DNA of 64,000 nucleotides, taken from the IMG/VR virus record IMGVR_UViG_3300022752_000015, positions 124,001 to 188,000 of that record. One strand, 5' to 3'. The notes beneath the pieces are model-generated. The model saw only the letters and a list, made by a program, of their open reading frames with translations. It was not told where the DNA came from and ran no database searches. Position 1 is the stretch's first letter; the number at the start of each line of letters is the position of its first letter. Of this stretch, positions 18,197 through 28,067 are shown in pieces. Both the position numbers and the translations under genes were made by a program.

Positions 18197-19125
18197 TCTT
18201 TGGGTTTTTTAGAAACTGCACGGCCAGACATGCGTTCCCAATCTCTGTCTTTTCTAACCTCAAGATTCTTTTCCCACGCAGCTTTAAGAACAGTCGGTTT
18301 AACCTCAAGATTTTTTGCAACGTCGATCATAGCATTGATGTCCTTAGGGAAACAGTGACCCCCGCTGCCAAAGTCACCATCAGGTCCAGGTACACTCCAG
18401 TGGCTTGATCCTAACCTAGAATCATACTTTGCATATTCAATTACCTTATCATAATCCACATTTAATCCGGATTTATCTAGGGCATTACAAACCTGATACA
18501 TCTCGTTTGCAAACGAAACCTTAACTGTCAGGAAGTTATTAGTGACATATTTCACCATCTCAGCTGTCGTTGACGAAGTTTTGATGAGTGGAACTTTTGG
18601 AAACGCTGTTTGAAAAACTTGTTTCACGGTATTAATCCACGGGCGAGGTCCACCAAGAATAATACGATTTTGATTTCTCATGTCATCTAGAGCGTTGGCC
18701 TCTGTGAGAAATTCTGGATTAAAAACTACATGAAGGCCTTGTTCCGAGAACATCTTGTTCCATCTCTCAGTAGAGCCAGGAGGAACCGTGGATTTTACTA
18801 CAGCAATTCTCTCGCCAGGTAAAGTTGCCAATTGCGAAAGAACACCTTCTACGATAGACAGATCCGCAGATCCGTCATCATACATCGGAGTCGGTAGACA
18901 CACAAAATACACTTTTGAGAAGTTTTCAGATGCTTCACATGACTTTACGAACTCATTTACATTAGTCGGGTGTAATCCTTCTGGTGTTGTTGGTTGCTTT
19001 CCTCCAGTACAGACTTTTCCTGTCTTGTCATGCACCAAGACGTCGAATCCTCTTTCAGCAAAGACAGTAGTAAGAGAGCCGCCAACAAACCCTTGACCTA
19101 CAACAGCAATAGATTGTTTCTTCAT
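18193..19125 (-). CDS. ugd: UDP-glucose/GDP-mannose 6-dehydrogenase family protein (short form)
   Basis: GQGFVG Rossmann motif, CLPTP, KSTVPPG, FNPEFL, AEMVKY, GGHCFPKD (catalytic Cys); only 310 aa. Confidence 0.9.
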   Translation of the reverse strand: MKKQSIAVVGQGFVGGSLTTVFAERGFDVLVHDKTGKVCTGGKQPTTPEGLHPTNVNEFVKSCEASENFSKVYFVCLPTPMYDDGSADLSIVEGVLSQLATLPGERIAVVKSTVPPGSTERWNKMFSEQGLHVVFNPEFLTEANALDDMRNQNRIILGGPRPWINTVKQVFQTAFPKVPLIKTSSTTAEMVKYVTNNFLTVKVSFANEMYQVCNALDKSGLNVDYDKVIEYAKYDSRLGSSHWSVPGPDGDFGSGGHCFPKDINAMIDVAKNLEVKPTVLKAAWEKNLEVRKDRDWERMSGRAVSKKPKD

Positions 19126-19160
19126 ACAAAGATTATAAGAAAAAATAAAAAAATGATCAA
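19126..19160 (-). promoter_or_regulatory. Sigma70-like promoter, leaderless type
   Basis: TTGATC-N17-TATAAT-N6-ATG(19125). Confidence 0.65.
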
Positions 19161-19162
19161 GA

Positions 19163-20068
19163 TTATTCTAACGCCTTAATAACAGTTTTCCATCCAACAT
19201 CATTCTTTATTACGTTCACTGATTCAATTATTTTGTCTTGAAGTTGATTCGCTTCTTTCAAGTTTCTTCTTATCACTTCAATTGCATTCTCAAATGAATC
19301 ATAAGTCATTATCGTAGAGATATTATTTTTAGGAACATAATTTTCTAATTCTTCTTCATAATCTCTAATGCTTATACAACCTCTAGCTGCGGCCTCAACA
19401 TCTTTAATCCACAGTGCATTTGCTGAGATGTTTTTTCCATTCACTTGCCAATTGACTTGCTCATTATGCACATAGATTTTTATATTTGACAAATTTTGCA
19501 AAAATTCTTGGTAAGGAGCAGGTTTCAGCACCTCGACAACAATTCCTTCACTTTTAAGATAATCAAAGAATTTTTTCCTATAAGGATGTAGTTGGCCACA
19601 AAAGCCTAAATCTATTTGTCGTGAAGATAATTCAGGAACAGCAGAACAATATTCTGGCAACATCCACATCTTCACAAATTTAGACCTTATTCCTTGAGAG
19701 TTGATAAAGTCGCTCCACCACTTCGACGTATTTAAGAAGGATAAAACATTCAACTCGTTATAAATCTTATGATATGAACCCTTGTATTGCGAATCATCTT
19801 TGAAAGATTCCCAAGGATCCTGTTCATAGATATAAATTTCTCTATTATCTAAAAACCTCTTAATTGTATGAACGTTGTTGTTTATTGTCCTAAGCTTTAA
19901 ACATGACAATATCCTATCATGGTTTGAAGATATTTTTTTATTCTTCAATATGTCATCAATTGTGCTAAAGGTCAATTCACACTCTTGACTTAAGGTTTTG
20001 AATAACTGATGTTGATAACAGTTAGACTGAATGTAAGACAAGTTGTCAATCAATACATGCAATTTCAT
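19163..20068 (-). CDS. Putative GT-B glycosyltransferase-like protein
   Basis: DLGFCGQLHPYRKKF...YQEFL...IYVHNE...KDVEAAARGC resembles CgeB/Glyco_trans_1_2-type C-termini; glyco-cluster context. Confidence 0.55.
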   Translation of the reverse strand: MKLHVLIDNLSYIQSNCYQHQLFKTLSQECELTFSTIDDILKNKKISSNHDRILSCLKLRTINNNVHTIKRFLDNREIYIYEQDPWESFKDDSQYKGSYHKIYNELNVLSFLNTSKWWSDFINSQGIRSKFVKMWMLPEYCSAVPELSSRQIDLGFCGQLHPYRKKFFDYLKSEGIVVEVLKPAPYQEFLQNLSNIKIYVHNEQVNWQVNGKNISANALWIKDVEAAARGCISIRDYEEELENYVPKNNISTIMTYDSFENAIEVIRRNLKEANQLQDKIIESVNVIKNDVGWKTVIKALE

Positions 20069-20769
20069 CTTTTTACTTTTTCTTTTGAGTAAGTTCTCTT
20101 AGCAATTTCAAAAGCATTTTGAAAATCTTCATCTCTATAATCAACATTTTCGTACGATAAAGACAACTTAAATCCCATTAGACACATGCCTCTGATTCTG
20201 TCAAAATCGTTTTTTTCCCAAGCAGAATAGACCTTATTAAGAATGTCTGATTGGTTCTTTTTACCTCTATGAAAGCCGTAATGAAATGCTTGAGATTCTG
20301 AAGAGTACCAGCAATGCTTCCCGGCAGGTATTAACTTTTCAGGTAATTGATTTCCGCGTAAAACGATATCATGACCCGTGTCTGCTCGATCAGGATACAA
20401 CTTATCAACTTTTGTTGCAACATTGACAGTGTTTTTTAAGCAAGTTAGTCCATATATCAAGCTGTCTGTCAAATAATCGTGTAACCAAGCTTGCGCACCT
20501 GTTACTCTAGAGTTACTTTCAAAAACTTCAACAAAGTTTTTTATAACTTCATTATGAGACAAGACAGTATCGGCATCAACCTTCAAGAAAAGTTGATGAT
20601 CTTTTTTAGCTTCATTCCACGCGGAAAATAATTTTTCATGAGCTTCTTTTTCTGGAAGATTAGAAACAACGTAATGTGTCAGTTCTACGCCTACTTGATT
20701 TTTTATTGATTCTTTACAAGTTTGAAAATCTAACTCTCCATGTTCCATGGTTCCAACAAAAATTTTCAT
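20065..20769 (-). CDS. Putative GT-A (GT2-like) glycosyltransferase
   Basis: FLKVDADTVL DxD motif after a hydrophobic strand; cluster context. Confidence 0.55.
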   Translation of the reverse strand: MKIFVGTMEHGELDFQTCKESIKNQVGVELTHYVVSNLPEKEAHEKLFSAWNEAKKDHQLFLKVDADTVLSHNEVIKNFVEVFESNSRVTGAQAWLHDYLTDSLIYGLTCLKNTVNVATKVDKLYPDRADTGHDIVLRGNQLPEKLIPAGKHCWYSSESQAFHYGFHRGKKNQSDILNKVYSAWEKNDFDRIRGMCLMGFKLSLSYENVDYRDEDFQNAFEIAKRTYSKEKVKR

Positions 20770-22076
20770 TTATCATTCCAATCTTGTCTTAACAAATACA
20801 TACAAATAGAATCATGATATTTTTCTTCTCTATACAACGATTCAACTTGTTTACCTTCTTTTTTGAACCCTAGATTCTTATAGACTTTTTGTCCCACCAC
20901 GTTGTATGATGCTGTTGTCAGCGAAACTCTATGTAAATTTAACGCGTTGAAACATACCTGAAGCATCAGCTTCCACATGAATTTTGCGTATCCTTTTCCT
21001 CTATGATTTTTGTGTATGTCCGCTCCTAACACACAATTGTTATTATTACGATCTATCGAATAGATCTTACAAAAGCCTACTTTTTCTTCATTAACGCAAA
21101 AAATATATCTTTTTTCTTTTTCTTTATGTAAAGAATTCCACCACCTCAAATGAGATTCTAAAGTAATAGGTTGTGGATTTGTCAAATTTTTTAGGACTTC
21201 AGGATCATTGTGCAGATCTACTAACCAATCATGATCATCGTCACAAACTTCTCTTAAAGAAAACAAGTCTTCTTTCTCACAAAAATGAGAATCTACAACT
21301 GAATAGAATTGACTAGAGATTTCAGAATTTTTAAACTTATGACTCATTGAACCTCTTTGATGTCCTACAAAGGGTAAATTATCTAATTGATACTCTTCAT
21401 GATAATCGTTGTTAGTTTTTATTATTTTTGCGTTTTTTGTAGGCTTTTCGTGAGTCAATATTTTATAAGAAATACTGTTTTCGTGTAGGAAACTAGGTAT
21501 TTGCCAGCCTGTATCTCTTAAAACTCGAAAGCCTATAGGTAATTGATATATTTCTGCTTCTAAATCGTTAGATATATCTAAATGAGATCCTTTATGAGGG
21601 GTAACGTCTATGCCAGAAAAATCTACGTTTTTTGACATAGCAAACCAAGTAAAGTTTGGTTTATTTTTATAAGTTTGAACGTTTCCAGAACCAGATGAAA
21701 ATCCGCCATAAGCTTCATATGATGAACCTAAAATATCAACTTTTGATAATTCATCTACAAGTAATTTATCCCATTCTTTAACTAACATGACTGTATCTGA
21801 ATCAGCAATCACATTAATTGAATTATTTTTTGATTTTATTTTAGAAAGAGCTAATTTAATTGCCTCACAATGTCCTCTAGTCCCTCTTTCGTTGTTAACA
21901 AAATGAGAAACTATTGATTTTGAGCTATGAAATTTGTTAAAAGAATATTCATCTAAACAGTAAGCATGAAATTTTAACTTGTTCTTATTACTAAGAAGTT
22001 GACTATAGTTTTTTTGCATATATTCAAAATAAGCAATTGAATTTTCGCTGACTGTAACATGAATATTAATTTTCAT
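20766..22076 (-). CDS. Fusion: GT-A-like N-terminal domain + GNAT (PseH/RimL-like) N-acetyltransferase
   Basis: N-part VIADSDTVML (DxD); C-part LREV...HNDPEV...HLRWW...VGFC...HRGKGYAK...LNLHRVSL...YKNLGFKKEG, a typical GNAT acetyl-CoA motif. Confidence 0.7.
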   Translation of the reverse strand: MKINIHVTVSENSIAYFEYMQKNYSQLLSNKNKLKFHAYCLDEYSFNKFHSSKSIVSHFVNNERGTRGHCEAIKLALSKIKSKNNSINVIADSDTVMLVKEWDKLLVDELSKVDILGSSYEAYGGFSSGSGNVQTYKNKPNFTWFAMSKNVDFSGIDVTPHKGSHLDISNDLEAEIYQLPIGFRVLRDTGWQIPSFLHENSISYKILTHEKPTKNAKIIKTNNDYHEEYQLDNLPFVGHQRGSMSHKFKNSEISSQFYSVVDSHFCEKEDLFSLREVCDDDHDWLVDLHNDPEVLKNLTNPQPITLESHLRWWNSLHKEKEKRYIFCVNEEKVGFCKIYSIDRNNNNCVLGADIHKNHRGKGYAKFMWKLMLQVCFNALNLHRVSLTTASYNVVGQKVYKNLGFKKEGKQVESLYREEKYHDSICMYLLRQDWNDK

Positions 22077-23211
22077 TAATAATTTCTTTCACTTTTGTTG
22101 CTATTTGCAATATGTCATTTTCATCAAGCCACCATCCACAAGGCAAAGAAAATTGATTTTTTGAAAATTCTTCTACGCCAGGTAAATCAACGTTATGATC
22201 TTTAAATGCAGTATATTCATGATTAGGAACGTGTACTACTCCCGCATGTATTCCTGATTCATTCAACAACTTCAATAGTTGATCTCTTGTAATTTTAGGA
22301 TGTTTTAATTTCATAGTATAAACCCAAAATGTAGAGTTCGATCCTTCTGGAACTAATACTGGGCATAAAAACTTTTCTTGTTCAAAGATAGAATTATACA
22401 ATTTAGCATTTTTTACATGAGATGTCACAATTTTATCAAGATATTCAATCTGTGACAATCCAATTGCAGCTGACACATTATTCATGTTAAATTTGTAACC
22501 AGCTTCAAGTATATCTACGTCCCACTGCTGGCCTTTCCAATTTCCTGAAGCATCTTTTGCTACATCTCTATCTAACCCAAACCATTTCATAGACTTAGAT
22601 CGTTTATAATCTTCGTCAGACTTACTTATCAAAGCTCCACCGTCGCCTGTTGTGACGTGTTTAATAGCTTGAAAGCTGTAACAAACAAAATCGCACCAGT
22701 CATGTAACGGTAAATTCTCGTAAGATGCTCCAAAAGCATGGGCGGCATCCAAAATAAGCTTGATATTTTTTTCTTGGCAAATTTTGCTTAATTCTCTAAG
22801 TCTTGGAGGCGTGCCTGCCCAGGCAACAGCAATAACAGCTTTAGTTTTTGAAGTAATCTTATTGATAACGTCATCTGGATTTATCATTCCATTTTCAGGA
22901 TCTACGTCGGCCCAAACTACTTTTGCTCCTAAATTATCAATAGGAGTATTTGTAGCAACACAGGTCATAGAAGTAGAAATAACTTCATCATCTTTTGTTA
23001 CGTTTGAAAGACGTAGAGCCATCGTTAAGGCTGAAGTGCAACTGTTGACTAATATCAAATTTTTTGATTTTAGATATAATTTTAATTTTTCTGTCAGTTC
23101 AGTTACTTGGACACCTTCATTTATAAATCCTGACTCAAAAACTTTCTTAATTTCTTCTAAGGCTTTATCGACAGGTATATGAACTTTAAAAAGATGATAT
23201 TGTTTATTCAT
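22066..23211 (-). CDS. DegT/DnrJ/EryC1/StrS PLP-dependent sugar aminotransferase
   Basis: VNSCTSAL...DAAHAFGA...YSFQAIKHVTTGDGGAL...GYKFNMNNVSAAIG; start moved to ATG 23211. Confidence 0.9.
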   Translation of the reverse strand: MNKQYHLFKVHIPVDKALEEIKKVFESGFINEGVQVTELTEKLKLYLKSKNLILVNSCTSALTMALRLSNVTKDDEVISTSMTCVATNTPIDNLGAKVVWADVDPENGMINPDDVINKITSKTKAVIAVAWAGTPPRLRELSKICQEKNIKLILDAAHAFGASYENLPLHDWCDFVCYSFQAIKHVTTGDGGALISKSDEDYKRSKSMKWFGLDRDVAKDASGNWKGQQWDVDILEAGYKFNMNNVSAAIGLSQIEYLDKIVTSHVKNAKLYNSIFEQEKFLCPVLVPEGSNSTFWVYTMKLKHPKITRDQLLKLLNESGIHAGVVHVPNHEYTAFKDHNVDLPGVEEFSKNQFSLPCGWWLDENDILQIATKVKEIINEN

Positions 23212-23212
23212 T

Positions 23213-24238
23213 TTAGTTCTTTCTATTAGTTGCAATCTCTTCTATCTTTAACCCTTGAAAATTATCTAAAGACATGTCAATAATTCCAAGCTCATTAAGT
23301 TTGGCAAAAAGTTGTTCTTTAGTCATGACATCGTCGGCACTAGTGTAAGTGAATCTGTTATTAGTTCCAGACTGATATGCAGGTCCTATTACGTAGTGAG
23401 TTTCTACATCTTTTGTCCTGACGGATTCAGATTCGTTAACAAGATCTTCATGTTTTTTCTCGCCTGGTCTCAAACCAATTATTTTAATTGGTTTTTTATA
23501 TAAGCTTGAAAAAATTTCTGCCAAATCTCCTATTTTCATCGCTGGTATTTTAGGGATCCAAGTTTCACCACTCTCTCCTCTTTTTAAAGCTTCTAAAATT
23601 AGATCTACACTGTCATCTAAAGTCATAACAAATCTAGTCATGTTTGGATCTGTTACTGTCAAATTTTCAGAATACTCAGCTTGATACTTAAAAAGAGGAA
23701 TTATACTTCCTCTAGATTCTAGAACATTTCCATACCTAGTGCACAAAAACTTAACGCCAGTTGAGTCATTCTTTGATTGACTAGTTACAAGACGTTCAGA
23801 TATCCCTTTACACATTCCGTAAACATTTACAGGAGAGCAAGCCTTGTCTGTACTGACAAATAAAACTTTTTCAACTTTCCAGTCTGATGCCCAAGATTGA
23901 GAAATATCTTTCACGGATTTAACGACATTTTGAGTTCCTAACAAATTTGTCATTACGCTTTCAAAAGGGCTAAGCTCACAAGTGTCAACTTGTTTTAGAG
24001 CAGCCGCAACAATTATGATTTCAGGTTTGTAATGAAGTATGACTTCTTTTACTCGATTATAATCTCTAATGTCTCCAACAAAAAACTCTACATCCGTAGA
24101 AGAATTAAGTTCATTCTTTATGGTCCAATGTTTGGCTTCATCTCTAGAATAAACTGCGATTTTATCTCCGTTTATCAAAAATCTAGAAATTAATTTTTTT
24201 CCTAATGAACCTGTTCCACCAAATATAAGATATTTCAT
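23213..24238 (-). CDS. UDP-GlcNAc 4,6-dehydratase (PseB/FnlA/CapD-like, Polysacc_synt_2 family)
   Basis: FGGTGSLG, YSRDEAK, GDIRD, AAALKQV, STDKACSPVNVYGMCK, RYGNVLESRGSIIP, GLRPGEK. Confidence 0.9.
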   Translation of the reverse strand: MKYLIFGGTGSLGKKLISRFLINGDKIAVYSRDEAKHWTIKNELNSSTDVEFFVGDIRDYNRVKEVILHYKPEIIIVAAALKQVDTCELSPFESVMTNLLGTQNVVKSVKDISQSWASDWKVEKVLFVSTDKACSPVNVYGMCKGISERLVTSQSKNDSTGVKFLCTRYGNVLESRGSIIPLFKYQAEYSENLTVTDPNMTRFVMTLDDSVDLILEALKRGESGETWIPKIPAMKIGDLAEIFSSLYKKPIKIIGLRPGEKKHEDLVNESESVRTKDVETHYVIGPAYQSGTNNRFTYTSADDVMTKEQLFAKLNELGIIDMSLDNFQGLKIEEIATNRKN

Positions 24239-24275
24239 CGTTCAAATTATAACTTTTGCAAAAAAAACTGTTCAA
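24239..24275 (-). promoter_or_regulatory. Sigma70-like promoter, leaderless type
   Basis: TTGAAC-N18-TATAAT-N7-ATG(24238). Confidence 0.65.
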
Positions 24276-25099
24276 AGTTTAGTAACATCATTTAAAGAAA
24301 TTTCAGATATTGTATCAGATCTAGTAGGTCTATAATCAATTTCTAAATTGTAATTTCTGCTTCCGTTTACAACAACATTGACATTTTCATTTCCTAGCTT
24401 AGAATGAAATACTCCGCCATCTAAAAGTGCTGAAATCTTGTATCTATCGTAGTATAACTTTTGATAATCAGTTTCGCTAAATTTTTTTAAAGAAGAAAGA
24501 TCTAAAAAAACTTCTTTTATAGCTTGAATTCTACTTAAAGCTGGTAGTTTTGCTAAAAAATTGCATTTATAAATTCCTTCATAATTTGTCTTATGAAACT
24601 CTACTCTTTTGTTTTGAATAAAATTATTTTGAGTCACCCATGCATATTTCCTTGAATTTTTTTTTGGACTTCCTTTATCATAAAGATGTCTTTCTGCAAC
24701 AAAAAATTCTTCTGTTCTTACAAACCCTACATCATCATTAGAATCTAAAAATGACTCACACATCTCTAGCTTTTTTAAAGAATCATCAAAATGGATTAAA
24801 TCAGATTCAATTATGTAAAGATATTTGTAATCTCTACTCATTAACGTTTGATAATTTTTCAAACACCAATGTATTGCACTCCAAAGTCCTACGTTTAGTT
24901 TAGATTGATAAACATTATTAAAGTTGTCTGTCAGCAATTTTACGCTACCTGTATAAGAAGAAGCGTTGTCAAATACCAACATGTTATGTAACGTTTTTTT
25001 ATCAAATACATTACACAAATTATTAACAACTTGATTCAAAATTTCAAATCTTGTAATATCTTTCGTACAAGTAACCAAAAGAAATAAAGTATCTTTCAT
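24272..25099 (-). CDS. Putative GT2-like glycosyltransferase
   Basis: LVFDNAS...NVGL...YLYIIESD; start moved to ATG 25099 (ATGA overlap). Confidence 0.55.
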   Translation of the reverse strand: MKDTLFLLVTCTKDITRFEILNQVVNNLCNVFDKKTLHNMLVFDNASSYTGSVKLLTDNFNNVYQSKLNVGLWSAIHWCLKNYQTLMSRDYKYLYIIESDLIHFDDSLKKLEMCESFLDSNDDVGFVRTEEFFVAERHLYDKGSPKKNSRKYAWVTQNNFIQNKRVEFHKTNYEGIYKCNFLAKLPALSRIQAIKEVFLDLSSLKKFSETDYQKLYYDRYKISALLDGGVFHSKLGNENVNVVVNGSRNYNLEIDYRPTRSDTISEISLNDVTKL

Positions 25100-26229
25100 G
25101 TTAGTTCTCCAATAAAATTTTCCCAATTTTCCCAATAAGAATTATTAAGAATCTCTTTTTGAAGTTCTAACATCCCATTTCTTAATTTTTTAACGTAAGA
25201 ATCATCAAATAACAATTTTTCAATCGAGTTTGTTGCTTTAATTGCATCATCAACAAGAATACAATTAATGTTATCTATAAGATATTTTGAAGCATTTGAA
25301 GAATTAACGTATCTATTAGTCGTAATAATAGGAGTTCCAGAATTTAAGCAGTAATAAAAAACTCCTCCGCCCCAATCAGTCTGTTTAAAATGAACAGCCG
25401 CTTTTAATCCAGAAGTAATCTTATAAGATTGCCTAGGCGTGATTGTAGGAAATTTACCAGTTACGCCATTTTCTTTTGAATATCTGATGTCAGCTCCTGC
25501 GCTACGGACGTTTCCGCCAAAGTTTATTACTTCTGGAAGATTGATTTCCTTAAGTAAGGAATTCATTTTTTTGAAAATCTTATAGTCGTCTGGTTGTCTT
25601 ACTTCAAAGTTGTGATTAAACGAAGCAAAAGAAACGTTTTCGTAACCTGAAATAGAGACATTCGTGATATCTAGTAATGACTTTTCGAATGGTAGGCAAA
25701 AGACATTAACGTTGTTTACGTCTACATTTTTATTTTCATAGTTTGCAGGAATAAATTTGGCGGCATTTCTTGTTTTATAATTTCCAGGCGAACTATCCCA
25801 AGCATTCATCGTTGAAGATACCCATTTTGCATTTGGGAAATATTCTGAAGCTATTTTGAAATATTGGTATAAAGAACTCTCGCCGCCTCGTAAAGTGTGG
25901 AATACATCAATTGAACATTTTTGTTTTGTCAAATCTATGATTTGACAAGAGATGTCTTCTTCATAAAGATTATGAGATTTAAAATCTTTCAAAAAGTAAT
26001 CTTCTCCAAAAAAAGAAAAATTTTCTTCAAATGGATAAATTTCTAAATTTCTTTTTGTTTTGTCTTCAAAAGATTTACAAAGCATAGCAGGCCAAGTTGC
26101 TATTCTTTGCCAGTTTAGACCAAGAGTTCCTTTTTTAGGAACAAAAACCTTATGTCCCAATTTTGAATAGTGGTAGATCATAGAAGCTAGTCCACTTCTA
26201 TCATCTGTAGGAAATATTAAGACGTTCAT
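25096..26229 (-). CDS. Putative GT-B glycosyltransferase-like protein
   Basis: C-terminal HFKQTDWGGGVFYYCLNSGTPIIT...YLIDNINCILVD resembles a degenerate GT4 donor-binding region; cluster context. Confidence 0.5.
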   Translation of the reverse strand: MNVLIFPTDDRSGLASMIYHYSKLGHKVFVPKKGTLGLNWQRIATWPAMLCKSFEDKTKRNLEIYPFEENFSFFGEDYFLKDFKSHNLYEEDISCQIIDLTKQKCSIDVFHTLRGGESSLYQYFKIASEYFPNAKWVSSTMNAWDSSPGNYKTRNAAKFIPANYENKNVDVNNVNVFCLPFEKSLLDITNVSISGYENVSFASFNHNFEVRQPDDYKIFKKMNSLLKEINLPEVINFGGNVRSAGADIRYSKENGVTGKFPTITPRQSYKITSGLKAAVHFKQTDWGGGVFYYCLNSGTPIITTNRYVNSSNASKYLIDNINCILVDDAIKATNSIEKLLFDDSYVKKLRNGMLELQKEILNNSYWENWENFIGELT

Positions 26230-27143
26230 CAAAATTCCTCTTCAGGTCCTTCTAAAAGAATTTTATTTTGTGGATATTTTACCTGGTCTTTATTAACCAC
26301 TTTGTATTCCCACCCGTCTGATTTACAGACATCAGTAAACCCTAATGGAATCCTAGAATTTTGCTTTTGTTGATATTGTTCATCAGACAATCTTTCATAG
26401 TACATACCAGAAGCAGATGGAGCATCTAAATAATAACCATATCTCTTATTGCCTCTAATGAAAGCGTATCCTCCTCTAGGATCATTCCATACTGGGGCGA
26501 ACAGTGGAACCCAGCTAGAATAGTTCGTTTGATCTTTTAACTTCAATTTTACTTCATTGTCGTACCAGTCTTCTGATCTTCCCCAATAATCTTGAGTCTG
26601 AGGCCAATCGACTGGGTACTTTCCGATTAAGTCAAAGACTTCTTTTTTGAAAAATCCCATCGTAGGGAAATGATTATCTGTTGGTTTGTAATATTTGTAA
26701 TTTTCAAGCTTAAAAACTTCACATCTATCAGCATCATACCTGTTTGATACAGTCGAGTTTCTAACAGCATTTACTTCTAATGCTTTCGCCTCATCAAAGT
26801 TGACAAAATCTTGAACTGTTTTTTCAAAAACTTCATTATTAACAATCAATTGCAAATCATCTTGTAAGAATAAAATCACATCATTTTTTGCGGTCTCGAT
26901 GATCATGTTCTTAGCGACGTATTCATCATTTACCCAATTTCTTTCTTTGGGATCTCTCAAAAATAAATCGTCTATCAAATTAGATTTTTTAAGATTAAAA
27001 AGATAATCTTGCAAACCTTTTTCAGTGCTACAATTATCAATAACAATAATTTGATTGTTGCTTTTTACATTTTCTAAAGACTTTAAAAGAGACTTAGCAT
27101 ACTTTAGTCTATTAAAAGTTGTAACTGCAATAGTAATTGACAT
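26229..27143 (-). CDS. Glycosyltransferase, GT2 family
   Basis: ITIAVTTFNRL...IIVIDNCSTE...AKN...ILFLQDD...YWGRSED. Confidence 0.8.
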   Translation of the reverse strand: MSITIAVTTFNRLKYAKSLLKSLENVKSNNQIIVIDNCSTEKGLQDYLFNLKKSNLIDDLFLRDPKERNWVNDEYVAKNMIIETAKNDVILFLQDDLQLIVNNEVFEKTVQDFVNFDEAKALEVNAVRNSTVSNRYDADRCEVFKLENYKYYKPTDNHFPTMGFFKKEVFDLIGKYPVDWPQTQDYWGRSEDWYDNEVKLKLKDQTNYSSWVPLFAPVWNDPRGGYAFIRGNKRYGYYLDAPSASGMYYERLSDEQYQQKQNSRIPLGFTDVCKSDGWEYKVVNKDQVKYPQNKILLEGPEEEF

Positions 27144-27164
27144 ATTTGCCTCCTTATCTACTCT

Positions 27165-28067
27165 TCAAATAATGGATATTAAATTTCTATATCCTTGATA
27201 TCCTTGTGGTAATTTCCAGGATTCAACGTTGGGGATTGAAGGAATAGCTAAGCTAACATCGTCTTGAATAGAATGAAGAGGAAGAACTTGAGTAGCTATT
27301 CCTATGTTTCTTGAAACTACTGGAACATTTAATAATCCACATTCTATCAAAGATTGAGGACCTCCTTCACACCTTGCTGTCACAGGATATAAATCAAGAG
27401 TTTGATATAACTCGTTTATTACATCGTGAGGTGGTCGTTCGACATATGTGAATGGTATTCCAGATTTTTTTAGTCTAGAGATTATATACTGTCTTCTCCA
27501 TCCAGCCAAAACAACATGCAAGTCAGGATTCTTTTTAACGACTTTTTCTAGATAATCGGCCAGCAAATCTGGACCTTTTTCTAATTTAGGACTTATCAAA
27601 TCAGATCCTTCTGTGTCTCTTTGAAAAGATCCTATCAAGTATGAATTCAACGGCAAATTATATTTTTTTCTTAAATCGTTTTTACTTCCAGTTGCTTTCC
27701 ATATCTTTTGATTTGCCCAATATGGTACCACGAATACTTCTTTTTTTGTTAATCTACTTATAAAGTCTTTAGTCTGTTCATTGTAAACGTGATACGCTGT
27801 CGTTAACTTATCTCTAAACATAAATTCTTGATAAGCTAAAGAATTAAATTTTTCAGGAACAATGTGGTGAACGGTGGTCAAAACTTTTTTCCCGTTTAAC
27901 CAACCTGATTGATACAGATTTTGCCAAGCCCAATCAGCTAATAACCAAACTACATTTGCGTCTTTTGGGTGATTAACACTTATGTCTGAATTATCTTCAT
28001 TCCATTCTTTGACAAATCTATCGACTATCCAATCCTCAGATGGAGGTAAGACAAACACCTTATTCAT
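27165..28067 (-). CDS. Glycosyltransferase, GT4-like
   Basis: GSFQRD...EKGPDLL...YPVTARCEGGPQSLIECGLLNVPVVS; start moved to ATG 28067 (ATGA overlap). Confidence 0.8.
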   Translation of the reverse strand: MNKVFVLPPSEDWIVDRFVKEWNEDNSDISVNHPKDANVVWLLADWAWQNLYQSGWLNGKKVLTTVHHIVPEKFNSLAYQEFMFRDKLTTAYHVYNEQTKDFISRLTKKEVFVVPYWANQKIWKATGSKNDLRKKYNLPLNSYLIGSFQRDTEGSDLISPKLEKGPDLLADYLEKVVKKNPDLHVVLAGWRRQYIISRLKKSGIPFTYVERPPHDVINELYQTLDLYPVTARCEGGPQSLIECGLLNVPVVSRNIGIATQVLPLHSIQDDVSLAIPSIPNVESWKLPQGYQGYRNLISII

